From contig CAWIYV010000007.1 in the NCBI GenBank assembly GCA_963840455.1, positions 32,001-96,000 on the forward strand: a stretch of DNA of 64,000 nt, written 5' to 3'. The notes under the pieces were generated by a model that saw only the letters and a program-made list of their open reading frames with translations, was not told where the DNA came from and did not search any database. Shown piece by piece: positions 12,934 to 21,566 of this stretch. Position numbers and translations under genes: made by a program. Source of the stretch: Nitrospirota bacterium. GTDB lineage: Bacteria; Nitrospirota; UBA9217. The number at the start of each line of letters is the position of its first letter. Position 1 is the stretch's first letter.

Positions 12934-13473
12934 TCAGGGATGGGATGACGCGTTTTCCATCTCCTTCAGGCTGGCCATGATGAGCTTTTGCGTCACTGTC
13001 CGGCGCTCGCTTTCCGTCAGCGATTCTTCGATGTAGCGGCGGGAGACCAGTGTGATGAGCGTGATCAGCTCTTCCGATGCTTCGCTGCCCACCCTGCTTT
13101 TTTCGGTATCAATGGTCTGCCGGGCCTGGAGAAGGATGGCGTCGGCTTCCTGTTCCGCCTGTTCCAGGCCGGCCTGTCGTTCGGTGTCCGCGGTGATCCT
13201 CGCCGCTTCTACGGTCAGCCGGGCTTCGTCACGGGCCTCGGTCTTCAGCAGGCTGGCCCGGTGCTGGGCCTCGGCATAGGCGGTATCCGCTTGGTCGGCC
13301 TTTTGGACCTCAGCGGCGATGCGGTCGCGTCTCGTTGTCAGATGGGTCCCCACGGACCGGCGCACGAAATACCGGATGATGACGACAAGGAGAACAAATT
13401 GCACGAGCTCGATCGCAAACCGGAGCGGTTCCCCGGTGATCTCGTGGAGCACTTCCTGGATCAGTTCGCTCAT
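12934..13473 (-). CDS. atpF: F-type ATPase b subunit
   Basis: N-terminal TM (IELVQFVLLVVIIRYFV), RRDRI, long Ala/Glu coiled coil. Confidence 0.85.
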   Translation of the reverse strand: MSELIQEVLHEITGEPLRFAIELVQFVLLVVIIRYFVRRSVGTHLTTRRDRIAAEVQKADQADTAYAEAQHRASLLKTEARDEARLTVEAARITADTERQAGLEQAEQEADAILLQARQTIDTEKSRVGSEASEELITLITLVSRRYIEESLTESERRTVTQKLIMASLKEMENASSHP

Positions 13474-13976
13474 GGATATTTCACCGCTCCTCTCGCTGCC
13501 AGGACCCGGTTGACCACGAACCGGAGCGTTTCCTCACTGACCTCAGGGATCATCTTGGCCAGGGTCTGCCTGCTGCATGTCAGGAGACGATCTTTCAGCT
13601 TGGCCTGCTCCTCATCCTTGAGACGGGCGACCTCCTCCCGCCCCGTGGCAAGGATGCTCTCGGCCTCGGCACGGGCCTTGGCACGCCTTGATTCCTGTGT
13701 CCTGGCTAGTTCTCCCTTGACCTCTTCATGCATCTGCTCTGCCGCATGTGATGCCTCGGCCGCTATCCTCCGTGCCTCTTCCTGCGCCTGCTCGGTCACT
13801 GAGCGTGCTTCCTCATACCGCGCTCGCGCCTTCTCCAGTTTGACGGCCCTTTTTTCCATGACAGTAAGCAGGGGCGTGAAGAACACCTTGCGCAGGATGC
13901 CATAGGTCGCAAGAAAGATGAACGCCATCGCGACCATGGTGATCCAATTCAGCTGTTCCAGCGGATTGAGATCCAT
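13470..13976 (-). CDS. atpF: F-type ATPase b' subunit
   Basis: TM FIFLATYGILRKVFFTPL, then MEKR and a coiled coil. Confidence 0.85.
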   Translation of the reverse strand: MDLNPLEQLNWITMVAMAFIFLATYGILRKVFFTPLLTVMEKRAVKLEKARARYEEARSVTEQAQEEARRIAAEASHAAEQMHEEVKGELARTQESRRAKARAEAESILATGREEVARLKDEEQAKLKDRLLTCSRQTLAKMIPEVSEETLRFVVNRVLAARGAVKYP

Positions 13977-14003
13977 ATGCCGACCTCGGTGATCGTGGAG
14001 GGA

Positions 14004-14231
14004 TCAGATCTTTGCCGCCACCATCAGCGCGATGACCAGGCAGTAGATGACCAGCGCCTCGACCAGGGCCATGGCGACCAGCATGGCGGTAAAGAGCTGA
14101 GGCGCTATTTCCGGCTGCCGGGTCATGCCCTCGATGGCAGCATGGGAGATCTTTCTCATGGCAAAGGCGGCAGCGATGGCGGCCGGCACGATGGTGAGTG
14201 TCGGGATGAACACTATGAGGATTGCCTGCAT
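14004..14231 (-). CDS. atpE: F-type ATPase c subunit (H+-type, Ala-rich)
   Basis: RQPE loop, ALVEALVIY with the ion-binding Glu. Confidence 0.93.
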   Translation of the reverse strand: MQAILIVFIPTLTIVPAAIAAAFAMRKISHAAIEGMTRQPEIAPQLFTAMLVAMALVEALVIYCLVIALMVAAKI

Positions 14232-14292
14232 TGATCTTCCCCCTTTCTGCATGTCAGGTTCGCCGCGTAAGCAATCTGTGTCTATGACGGGC

Positions 14293-15009
14293 TCACGTCC
14301 CGGTCCGGGCCGGTTCGGACGACGGCGGTCCGACCGTCGAAGGCTCCTGACGGTTTATGGTGTGAGGTCCTTTCTTTTCGCCATGGACGGCTTCAGCCAG
14401 GAAGTTCGCTGTCAGCAAGGTGAAGACCATCGGCTGGATGAAGGCCGGTATCAGGCCCAGGGCGTGAATGACCAGGGGTATCCCGTAGGGAGCTGCTTTG
14501 GTAACGAGCAGGACGACCAGGAACTCTCCCCCGATATTGCCGAACAACCGAAGGGACAACGAGAGCGTGTCCCCGATCTGCGAGATGATCTGGAGCGGAT
14601 TGGGCCAGAAAAGATGTTTGAGGGAGCCGGCGATCCCTTTGAACCTGGAGCTCAGGACGGTGATCCCGATCATGGCGATCAGGGCCAGCGTCAGGGGGCC
14701 GCTGTAGTAAGCGGTCGGCGGGATGTTGATGACCGGGATTGACAAAATGCACAACAGGTTGGAGAACAAAATGAACAGGAACAGGCTGGCGAGGAACGGC
14801 GCGATTACCGGCACGCCGTCAGGGCGCATGTCCCGGGCAAGCCGCACAAACCATTCGAGGACGAACTCAGCGGCATTCTGCGACCCATCGGGCACCTCAG
14901 TCAGTGCACGCCGGGTCGTCATGAAGGCCAGCGCGATCAGGACCAGCGCCACGAGCGCGAAATTGACGATCACAATGTAGGGGAGCAAGTGCCGTATTGC
15001 CTCAGGCAT
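14293..15009 (-). CDS. atpB: F-type ATPase a subunit
   Basis: QNAAE, LFLFILFSNL, PPTA, LSLSLRLFGNI (essential Arg), IQPMVFTLL. Confidence 0.93.
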   Translation of the reverse strand: MPEAIRHLLPYIVIVNFALVALVLIALAFMTTRRALTEVPDGSQNAAEFVLEWFVRLARDMRPDGVPVIAPFLASLFLFILFSNLLCILSIPVINIPPTAYYSGPLTLALIAMIGITVLSSRFKGIAGSLKHLFWPNPLQIISQIGDTLSLSLRLFGNIGGEFLVVLLVTKAAPYGIPLVIHALGLIPAFIQPMVFTLLTANFLAEAVHGEKKGPHTINRQEPSTVGPPSSEPARTGT

Positions 15010-15037
15010 GGCCCACCTCCGGCATTCGATGCCATCT

Positions 15038-15247
15038 TCACCATTCCTTCTTCAGCCGCATCATGTCACGGACAGCCAGGCTGAAGGCGATCAGGATACC
15101 GGCGCTGGTAATGAACGGAAAGGTGGTGAACCACTTGTCCAGGCCGTATCCGATGGCACCGCCCGCAGCTATATAGCTGGGGATCAACGACCAGATGGCG
15201 ACGATCTTAAGCAGCTTTGTCGAGAGCAGGCTTTTCATGGCTCGCAT
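15038..15247 (-). CDS. AtpZ/AtpI-family small membrane protein
   Basis: GGAIGYGLDKWFTTFP motif, immediately upstream of atpB. Confidence 0.8.
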   Translation of the reverse strand: MRAMKSLLSTKLLKIVAIWSLIPSYIAAGGAIGYGLDKWFTTFPFITSAGILIAFSLAVRDMMRLKKEW

Positions 15248-15746
15248 GCTCCTTCATTTCCGGCGGCACGACCTGGACCGGTCCCTTGGCCTCTTCGACC
15301 GTCGGCACCTTCACCGGCATATGCCGCCAGAACTTCACGAGGAAGAGGGCTCCGATAAGAGCGGCCGTCGCATAGACCACAAATGGCAGCAACGCCGCGC
15401 TCGAGGCTTCAAATGCCCGCGGGTCGCTTCCCGCGAGGAGGGCCAGATACCCTGCCACTCCCGGAAGTATCAATACGCCCAGAAGAAGGGTAATCAAGGC
15501 CCTGTTCTGGAGTGAGGTCACTATTCCTGCTGCAAGGCAGATGCCGGTCAGGAATCCCAGCATGCAGGAAAGAACAAATTTCGACCATCCAAAGAAGCTG
15601 GTCAGGAATAGCAGAACGCCGAGCAATCCTCCGACCGTCACTATGGTCCAGAGCAGTCTGACGATCAAGGCCAGAAGATATCTGTTCCGCGCTTTCGTTC
15701 GTGCTTCTGCACCGGCTTCATCATCAAAAAAATTCGCCTGTTCCAC
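15207..15746 (-). CDS. Hypothetical membrane protein (about 4 TM), first gene of the atp operon
   Basis: Hydrophobic segments; overlaps the atpZ-like gene; GGGAG before GTG. Confidence 0.65.
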   Translation of the reverse strand: MEQANFFDDEAGAEARTKARNRYLLALIVRLLWTIVTVGGLLGVLLFLTSFFGWSKFVLSCMLGFLTGICLAAGIVTSLQNRALITLLLGVLILPGVAGYLALLAGSDPRAFEASSAALLPFVVYATAALIGALFLVKFWRHMPVKVPTVEEAKGPVQVVPPEMKEHASHEKPALDKAA

Positions 15747-15949
15747 GATGGTTCTCCCACGTTCTTCCTGGACAGAAAAGAACGCTATCCTATTCTATTG
15801 AGAAAACAAGATGTTGCAGAAAGTACGGGGAGCAGGATGGATGGTAACAGGAAGGGTAGGTGTGCGCCTTTTTCGCTTCGCCTGCCGGTCCGGCAGCTCC
15901 GCCAAATAGCAACACCTTGCTCGAGATAAGAAATGTCGGCTGTACTTAG

Positions 15950-15978
15950 AGTATAGCAAGCGCCTACCGGTCCGTCAA
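15950..15978 (-). promoter_or_regulatory. Sigma70-type promoter of the atp operon
   Basis: Minus strand TTGACG-N17-TATACT, with TG upstream of the -10. Confidence 0.7.
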
Positions 15979-16170
15979 TGAGACTTTCCGAACGACCCCT
16001 CTGTCACGGAGAGTGGAGGGCAGAGCGAAATTTCCGTCGGTATGGCAATCCCGGGAAAACGCAGGTGGGGGGGAAAGCATGATGACCGTTTAGGGGCAAA
16101 TCTCACTTCATAGAACGAAGAATTGCATTTCCGGACGCTCTTCAGATATACTTGATCCATACAAAGGCCC

Positions 16171-16977
16171 ATGATCGCTGATAACAAAATAAAAAGAACA
16201 AGCAAGCTCCGGCTTGATCGATATCTCTTTGAGCGTGGGTTGGTGCAGAGCCGCGAACAGGGACAGGCGCTGATCCTGGCTGGCCAGGTGCTGGTGAACG
16301 GCCAGAAGAAGGACAAGGCCGGCACGCTCGTGGCTGATGATGCCGACATACGGATCCTTGGCGAGCAGATGCCCTATGTCAGCAGAGGCGGGCTGAAGCT
16401 CGAGGCAGCATTGCGGGAATTCAGCATCGATGTCACTGGCACGACGGCCCTTGACGCGGGGGCTTCGACGGGCGGCTTCACCGATTGCCTGCTGCAGCAT
16501 GGAGCGATGAAGGTCTATGCCGTCGATGTCGGATACGGACAGATGGCATGGAAGATCCGGCAGGATCCGCGGATCGTCGTCATCGAACGGACCAATGTTC
16601 GCGATATTGATCCGGCGCTTGTTCCGGAAAAGGTCGATATCATTGTCATCGATGTGTCGTTCATTTCCCTGGAGAAGGTCATTCCGTCGGTCCTGCGGTT
16701 CCTGAAACCGTCGGCCGGGATCGTCGCGCTCATCAAGCCGCAATTCGAGGTAGGAAAAGGACAGGTCGGAAAAGGCGGGATAGTGCGCGACGAGGCGGCC
16801 AGAAACACTGTTGTTGAAAAGGTAAGGACGGCATTTCAGAGCGCCGGACTCGATGTCCAGGGCATTATCCCGTCTCCCATTACCGGACAGGACGGCAACG
16901 TGGAGTATCTTATCTACGCGGTCATGCGGCCGGCGAACTCCTCGCCCAGCACTACGATCGATCCCATGTCCGGATAA
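16171..16977 (+). CDS. tlyA: TlyA rRNA 2'-O-methyltransferase
   Basis: RLDRYL S4 domain, YVSRGGLKL, DAGASTGGFTD, DVSFISL, IKPQFE, GQDGNVEY. Confidence 0.95.
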   Translation: MIADNKIKRTSKLRLDRYLFERGLVQSREQGQALILAGQVLVNGQKKDKAGTLVADDADIRILGEQMPYVSRGGLKLEAALREFSIDVTGTTALDAGASTGGFTDCLLQHGAMKVYAVDVGYGQMAWKIRQDPRIVVIERTNVRDIDPALVPEKVDIIVIDVSFISLEKVIPSVLRFLKPSAGIVALIKPQFEVGKGQVGKGGIVRDEAARNTVVEKVRTAFQSAGLDVQGIIPSPITGQDGNVEYLIYAVMRPANSSPSTTIDPMSG

Positions 16978-17085
16978 TTATCCCCGGGGTCTTATGTTGA
17001 TGCAACTTGCGCTGATCTATATGCGCTATACTTAAGAGAAGAAAAAAGTATTGCTAAAATCGAAAGGATCGTGGAGGAAGTAGCC

Positions 17086-17325
17086 ATGAAAGAATGTCCG
17101 CCTGATCAGGTTCGGATCGCCCGTGAGATACTCGATTATCTGTCCCGTCAACCCGATGCTGAGGATACTCTTGAGGGGATCATGCAGTATCGGTTGCCAG
17201 CTGGAGCAACAAGCAAGCAAACGACGCTTGTAAAGGAAGTCGTGGCCGACCTTGTCACTCAAGGCCTGATCGAGAAAGTAAAGAAGCAGGACCGTACGCT
17301 GTACCGCGTAAAGTCCAGGCCCTAA
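17086..17325 (+). CDS. Small putative winged-helix protein
   Basis: EILDYLSRQPDAEDTLEGI...VADLVTQGLIEKV..TLYR; GGAGG RBS. Confidence 0.6.
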   Translation: MKECPPDQVRIAREILDYLSRQPDAEDTLEGIMQYRLPAGATSKQTTLVKEVVADLVTQGLIEKVKKQDRTLYRVKSRP

Positions 17326-17385
17326 AGAGCACATAAAACTTCATCGCTGTTGCCGTATCGAACTAGCCTTGTGGTCAGGAGTTGC

Positions 17386-18174
17386 CTACCCTGTCATTCT
17401 CCCAGCGAACTCCTCGCCCAGCACCACGATGGACTCGATGTCCAGGTAGCGGTTCACATGCTTGTCCAGCAGGAGCTTGCACTGGGCGGGAAAATCCTCA
17501 GCCGGGACAGCATCATAGAACTGAAGCAGAACAGGATACCGCGGAAAGAACCGGAACTCATAGGCCGCATCATGGTTCCCTTTGACCGTTGACCGCACGC
17601 CGCTCAGCCGCTCGCATGCCTGTTTCAATCCCTCGACATTTCCCGTGAAGTGCCTCGCGATGACCTCCTCGACGTGTCCCGCCCAAGCCTTGTCCTTGGC
17701 GTGGGACGCAGGCACCGAGCTGAAGGTGATCCACTCCCCGGCGGGAACGGGAGGATCAGGCATCAAGAGGTGATTATAGATCAGGATGGAGATGAAGGGG
17801 ACCGGCTCCTTACCGTCCTTATCGGCGATCCGCTCCTTGGTGATCCGGTATTTGTCGCCCAGGAAGGTCAGTTCAATGGTGTCAGGTCCGATGACGTCCG
17901 CACCAAAAAACGTGGCTGTCTTCGCGAAATCGAGGGCTGCGATCTTCGGTTTGAGGCTGATGAGGGCCTGTTCATAGACCGTTCCGCGCGCCGCTGGCTG
18001 CTCCGCCAGTTCTCCTGCGAGGGCCGCCTTTGCTTCTGCGCTCAGGTTCGCGCAGGCGGTGATGGATGCCATGCGGCTGGCGACCTTCGTCGCGAAACCG
18101 AAGCAGGTGGGCATGCCGCAGGTCCCGCAGTTCGTCTTGGGCAGGAGCCTGTAAATGTCAACAGCGGTCTTCAT
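17386..18174 (-). CDS. Fe-S-binding domain plus DUF3786-like protein
   Basis: LPKTNCGTCGMPTC..FA...C N-terminal Fe-S motif; C-terminal EDFPAQCKLLLD..YLDIES. Confidence 0.75.
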   Translation of the reverse strand: MKTAVDIYRLLPKTNCGTCGMPTCFGFATKVASRMASITACANLSAEAKAALAGELAEQPAARGTVYEQALISLKPKIAALDFAKTATFFGADVIGPDTIELTFLGDKYRITKERIADKDGKEPVPFISILIYNHLLMPDPPVPAGEWITFSSVPASHAKDKAWAGHVEEVIARHFTGNVEGLKQACERLSGVRSTVKGNHDAAYEFRFFPRYPVLLQFYDAVPAEDFPAQCKLLLDKHVNRYLDIESIVVLGEEFAGRMTG

Positions 18175-18180
18175 GAGATA

Positions 18181-18209
18181 ACATTACCGCCATTCAGCGT
18201 TCCTGTCAA
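18181..18209 (-). promoter_or_regulatory. Sigma70 promoter, probably leaderless
   Basis: TTGACA-N17-TAATGT, 6 nt before the ATG at 18174. Confidence 0.65.
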
Positions 18210-18321
18210 ATGATGCAGATCATAGTGAGGCAGGCGACGAAGCGCAGAGAACAGGGGCTGGAGTGGGGAAAAGGAGACGCGGGGAAAGGACAGGAGACCA
18301 GAGAATAGAGACTGGAAAACA

Positions 18322-19170
18322 TCATCCCTTTGGCCATTGCTCCATCACAGTTCCCTTATCATCGTATTTGCAGGCCGACATGAAAGCATCATGGTAAAAG
18401 GTGAACCATGCGCTTTTTCCCACACCGTACTTGATCCATTGCTCTTTCTGGGCGATAGCATCCAAGGGATAGTTGTCGTACGCCATGACCCAGAGGGGAT
18501 TGGCGTGGGCGTGGGTCGGCAGGAGGTCTGCCAGGTGGAGCGCCATCTCGCCTTGTGACGCAAGCTTCACGATCTGATGGCCGTTGTTGTGCCCGCCTGT
18601 ATGGACGACCGAGATCCCCGGAAGCACCTCCCGCTCTCCCTCGAACAGTTCCAGGTTCGCGCTGCTCCGCATCAACTCGTTGTTGATCGGCCAGTAGGTG
18701 TTGATGTTCCGAATGTTCGGGTTCAGGACGTCCTCCCATTCCTTCTTCTGGAGGATATGCTTCGCCTTCGGGAAGGTAAGGCCGAGGTCCCCATTGTCCT
18801 CCTGCATGATGACGCCCCCGGCATGGTCGAAGTCGTAATGGGTCAGGATGACGTAGCCGATGTCCTCGCGTCCGATGCCGAGCTGCTTGAGCTCCTCGAC
18901 GATCGACCAATCCTCCTTGATCCGGAATATCTTCTTCTGCTTGTCCGTGATCTTGTTCCCGAGCCCCGATTCGATGAGGACGAGCGCGTTTGGCGTCCTG
19001 ACCAGGATGGGCCATGCGGTCAGGGGAATGTAGTTGTCCTCTGTCGGAGGGTACTTCTTCTGCCACAGGACCTTGGGCACGACGCCGAACATGGCGCCGC
19101 CGTCAAGTTCGAACCTGCCGCCGTTCAGCCAGGTCAAATCGAAGTCGCCGATCTTGAACCCGGTTCTCAT
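18322..19170 (-). CDS. MBL-fold metallo-hydrolase (YtnP-like)
   Basis: LDGGAMFGVVPK, THYDFDHAGG, GGHNNGHQ, WVMAYD. Confidence 0.88.
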   Translation of the reverse strand: MRTGFKIGDFDLTWLNGGRFELDGGAMFGVVPKVLWQKKYPPTEDNYIPLTAWPILVRTPNALVLIESGLGNKITDKQKKIFRIKEDWSIVEELKQLGIGREDIGYVILTHYDFDHAGGVIMQEDNGDLGLTFPKAKHILQKKEWEDVLNPNIRNINTYWPINNELMRSSANLELFEGEREVLPGISVVHTGGHNNGHQIVKLASQGEMALHLADLLPTHAHANPLWVMAYDNYPLDAIAQKEQWIKYGVGKSAWFTFYHDAFMSACKYDDKGTVMEQWPKG

Positions 19171-19214
19171 GGTATTCTCCTTATCCGTCTAAAGGAAAGT
19201 GCGGAAAATTCATT

Positions 19215-19304
19215 ATCGCCAAGGCGCGAAGGATGCGAAGGGAAGTAAGAAAAGAGGTCATCAAGGAGAGGATCCCTTCGCGCTCTTTGCGCCTTCGCGG
19301 TGAA
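19215..19304. repeat. 9-bp-period CGCGAAG inverted repeat element
   Basis: cgccaaggcgcgaaggatgcgaaggg ... cccttcgcgctctttgcgccttcgcggt. Confidence 0.8.
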
Positions 19305-19328
19305 GACGTTAATATGTTATCCTACGTG

Positions 19329-19354
19329 AAAAAAATGCGGCCCGAAGGCCGCAT
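19329..19354 (-). terminator. Rho-independent terminator after prpE
   Basis: atgcggcc-cgaa-ggccgcat hairpin with an A-run on + (U-tract on -). Confidence 0.8.
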
Positions 19355-19429
19355 CCCGGATAACAACAATTTGAGAATGTGAGAAGGCGCAAAGTTACGC
19401 AAACGAGATCCCTTTCATGCCTGTTCCCG

Positions 19430-21355
19430 TCATCCTGGTGTAATCCCTTCGATATCCGATGGCTTATGCACGTACCCGACCTTCTTCAATGCCTCCTCGA
19501 TCTCGCCCAGGGTCGCCGGATCATCGATGGTCGACGGCATGCTATAGTCCTCTCCGTCCGCGATCTTTCGCATGGTGCCGCGCAGGATCTTGCCGGAGCG
19601 GGTCTTTGGCAGCCGCTTGACCACACAGGTCTCCTTATACGAAGCGATGGGCCCGATCGTGGTCCTGATCATCTCGGAAAGTTCCTTGCGGATCTCCTCG
19701 TTGCTTTTGTTGACGCCCGCCTTCAGGACGCAAAGGCCGAGCGGCACCTGCCCCTTGAGTTGATCGTGCACGCCGATGACCGCGCACTCTGCCACGTCCC
19801 TGTGCGTGGAGACGACCTCTTCCATCTCGCCTGTGGAGAGGCGGTGGCCGGCCACGTTGATCACGTCGTCGACGCGGCCCATGATGAACACATAGCCGTC
19901 CTCATCGATGTACCCGCCGTCGCTGGTGAAATAATAGCCGGGATAGACCTTGAGGTAGGACTCAAGGAAACGGTTGTCCGCCTGCCACAGCGTGGGAAGC
20001 GTGCCGGGGGGGAGGGGGAGCTTCACGGTCACAAGCCCGGTATCGTTCGGCCCGGCCTGCTTCCCGTTCGTGTCCAGGATCTGGACATTGAATCCCGGCA
20101 CCGGTTTGGTGGACGAGCCCGGCTTGATGGGGAACGATTCGATGCCCATGCAGTTCGCGGTGATGGGCCAGCCCGTCTCGGTCTGCCACCAGTGGTCGAT
20201 GACCGGCTTTTTTAAGAGGGTATGCGCCCAGTGGTATGTGTCGGGATCGAGGCGTTCGCCGGCAAGGAAGAGGTATTTGAACCCCGACAGGTCGTACTTC
20301 TTCACGAACTCGCCGTTCGGGTCGTCCCGCTTGATCGCGCGGAACGCCGTTGGCGCGGTGAACATGACCTTGACGTTGTGCTGGGAGATGACCCGCCAGA
20401 AGGCGCCTGCATCAGGCGTGCCGACGGGCTTGCCCTCGTACAGCACCGTAGTGCAGCCGGTCAGGAGCGGGGCATAGACGATGTAGGAGTGGCCCACGAC
20501 CCAGCCCACGTCCGAGGCCGCCCAGTATACATCGCCGGGCTTCACACCATAGATGTGCTCCATGCTCCAGCGAAGCGCGACCGCGTGGCCGCCGTTGTCC
20601 CGCACCACGCCTTTCGGCTTGCCGGTCGTGCCGGAGGTATAGAGGATATAGAGGGGGTCGGTTGCCTTGACCGGCGTGCAACCCACGGGCTTTGCCTTCG
20701 CCATGAGCTCGTCCCAGTCCAGGTCCCGTCCGGCAATGAGAGGGGCTTTCACGATCTGCCGCTGGAAGATGATGCATTTCCCCGGCTTGTATTCGGCCTC
20801 CTCGATCGCCTTGTCGAGGAGGGGCTTGTATTCGAGGAGTTTCTTCCCCTCGACCGCACCGGACGCAGTGATCATGACCTTGGGCCGTGCGTCGTTGATC
20901 CTGATGGCGAGCTCGTGGGGCGCGAAGCCGCCGAAGACCACGGAGTGGACCGCTCCCAGGCGCGCGCAGGCCAGCATGGCAATGACGGCCTGGGGGATCA
21001 TGGGCATGTAGACGATGACCGTTGTGCCTTTTTCGACGCCCTGGTCCTTCAGGACCCCGGCGAACCGGGAAACCTGGTCGAGCAGTTCCCGGTAAGTGAA
21101 CTTCTGGAGAGTGCTCGTCACCGGGCTGTCGTAGATCATCGCCACCTGGTCGGCCCTGCCGCCCTGTACGTGGCGATCGAGGGCGTTATAGCAGGTGTTC
21201 ATCTCACCGCCGGTGAACCAGCGGTAGAACGGCTTCTTCGAATCGTCCAGGACCTTGTCCCACTTCCTGTCCCAATCGATCGCCTGGGCAGCTTCACCCC
21301 AGAAGCCCTCGGGGTCCTTGATGCTTCTCTGAAAGAGTTCATCGTACCTTCCCAT
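19430..21355 (-). CDS. prpE: Propionyl-CoA synthetase
   Basis: YILYTSGTTGKPKGVVRDNGG, DHWWQTETG, LPKTRSGKILR; lies in the prp cluster. Confidence 0.92.
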   Translation of the reverse strand: MGRYDELFQRSIKDPEGFWGEAAQAIDWDRKWDKVLDDSKKPFYRWFTGGEMNTCYNALDRHVQGGRADQVAMIYDSPVTSTLQKFTYRELLDQVSRFAGVLKDQGVEKGTTVIVYMPMIPQAVIAMLACARLGAVHSVVFGGFAPHELAIRINDARPKVMITASGAVEGKKLLEYKPLLDKAIEEAEYKPGKCIIFQRQIVKAPLIAGRDLDWDELMAKAKPVGCTPVKATDPLYILYTSGTTGKPKGVVRDNGGHAVALRWSMEHIYGVKPGDVYWAASDVGWVVGHSYIVYAPLLTGCTTVLYEGKPVGTPDAGAFWRVISQHNVKVMFTAPTAFRAIKRDDPNGEFVKKYDLSGFKYLFLAGERLDPDTYHWAHTLLKKPVIDHWWQTETGWPITANCMGIESFPIKPGSSTKPVPGFNVQILDTNGKQAGPNDTGLVTVKLPLPPGTLPTLWQADNRFLESYLKVYPGYYFTSDGGYIDEDGYVFIMGRVDDVINVAGHRLSTGEMEEVVSTHRDVAECAVIGVHDQLKGQVPLGLCVLKAGVNKSNEEIRKELSEMIRTTIGPIASYKETCVVKRLPKTRSGKILRGTMRKIADGEDYSMPSTIDDPATLGEIEEALKKVGYVHKPSDIEGITPG

Positions 21356-21566
21356 GCAGTTCCTCCCCTGAAGCAGATAAGAATGAGCGGACCAAGCCCC
21401 CCTGAAAGGCACTGTCCGCCGTGTCATGCAGTCCGTGTGTACTCCCGCTGCTGGTGGAGGCCGTCGCCTCCGGCAACGCTCCTACTATAAATAGCCGCGT
21501 GTGCCCCTGTCAAGGGCTATTGCGATGCTTCAACCGAGAATGAGCAAGTGATCGATGCCGTACGTG

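Noticed and set aside
15750-16170. Riboswitch (c-di-GMP or Na+) in the atp/tlyA divergent region
   Set aside because: Only isolated GGCAAA-like words are present; no full consensus structure is recognisable by eye.
18240-18320. Purine-rich low-complexity tract as another repeat element
   Set aside because: The period is irregular and no inverted arm was found; too weak to call.
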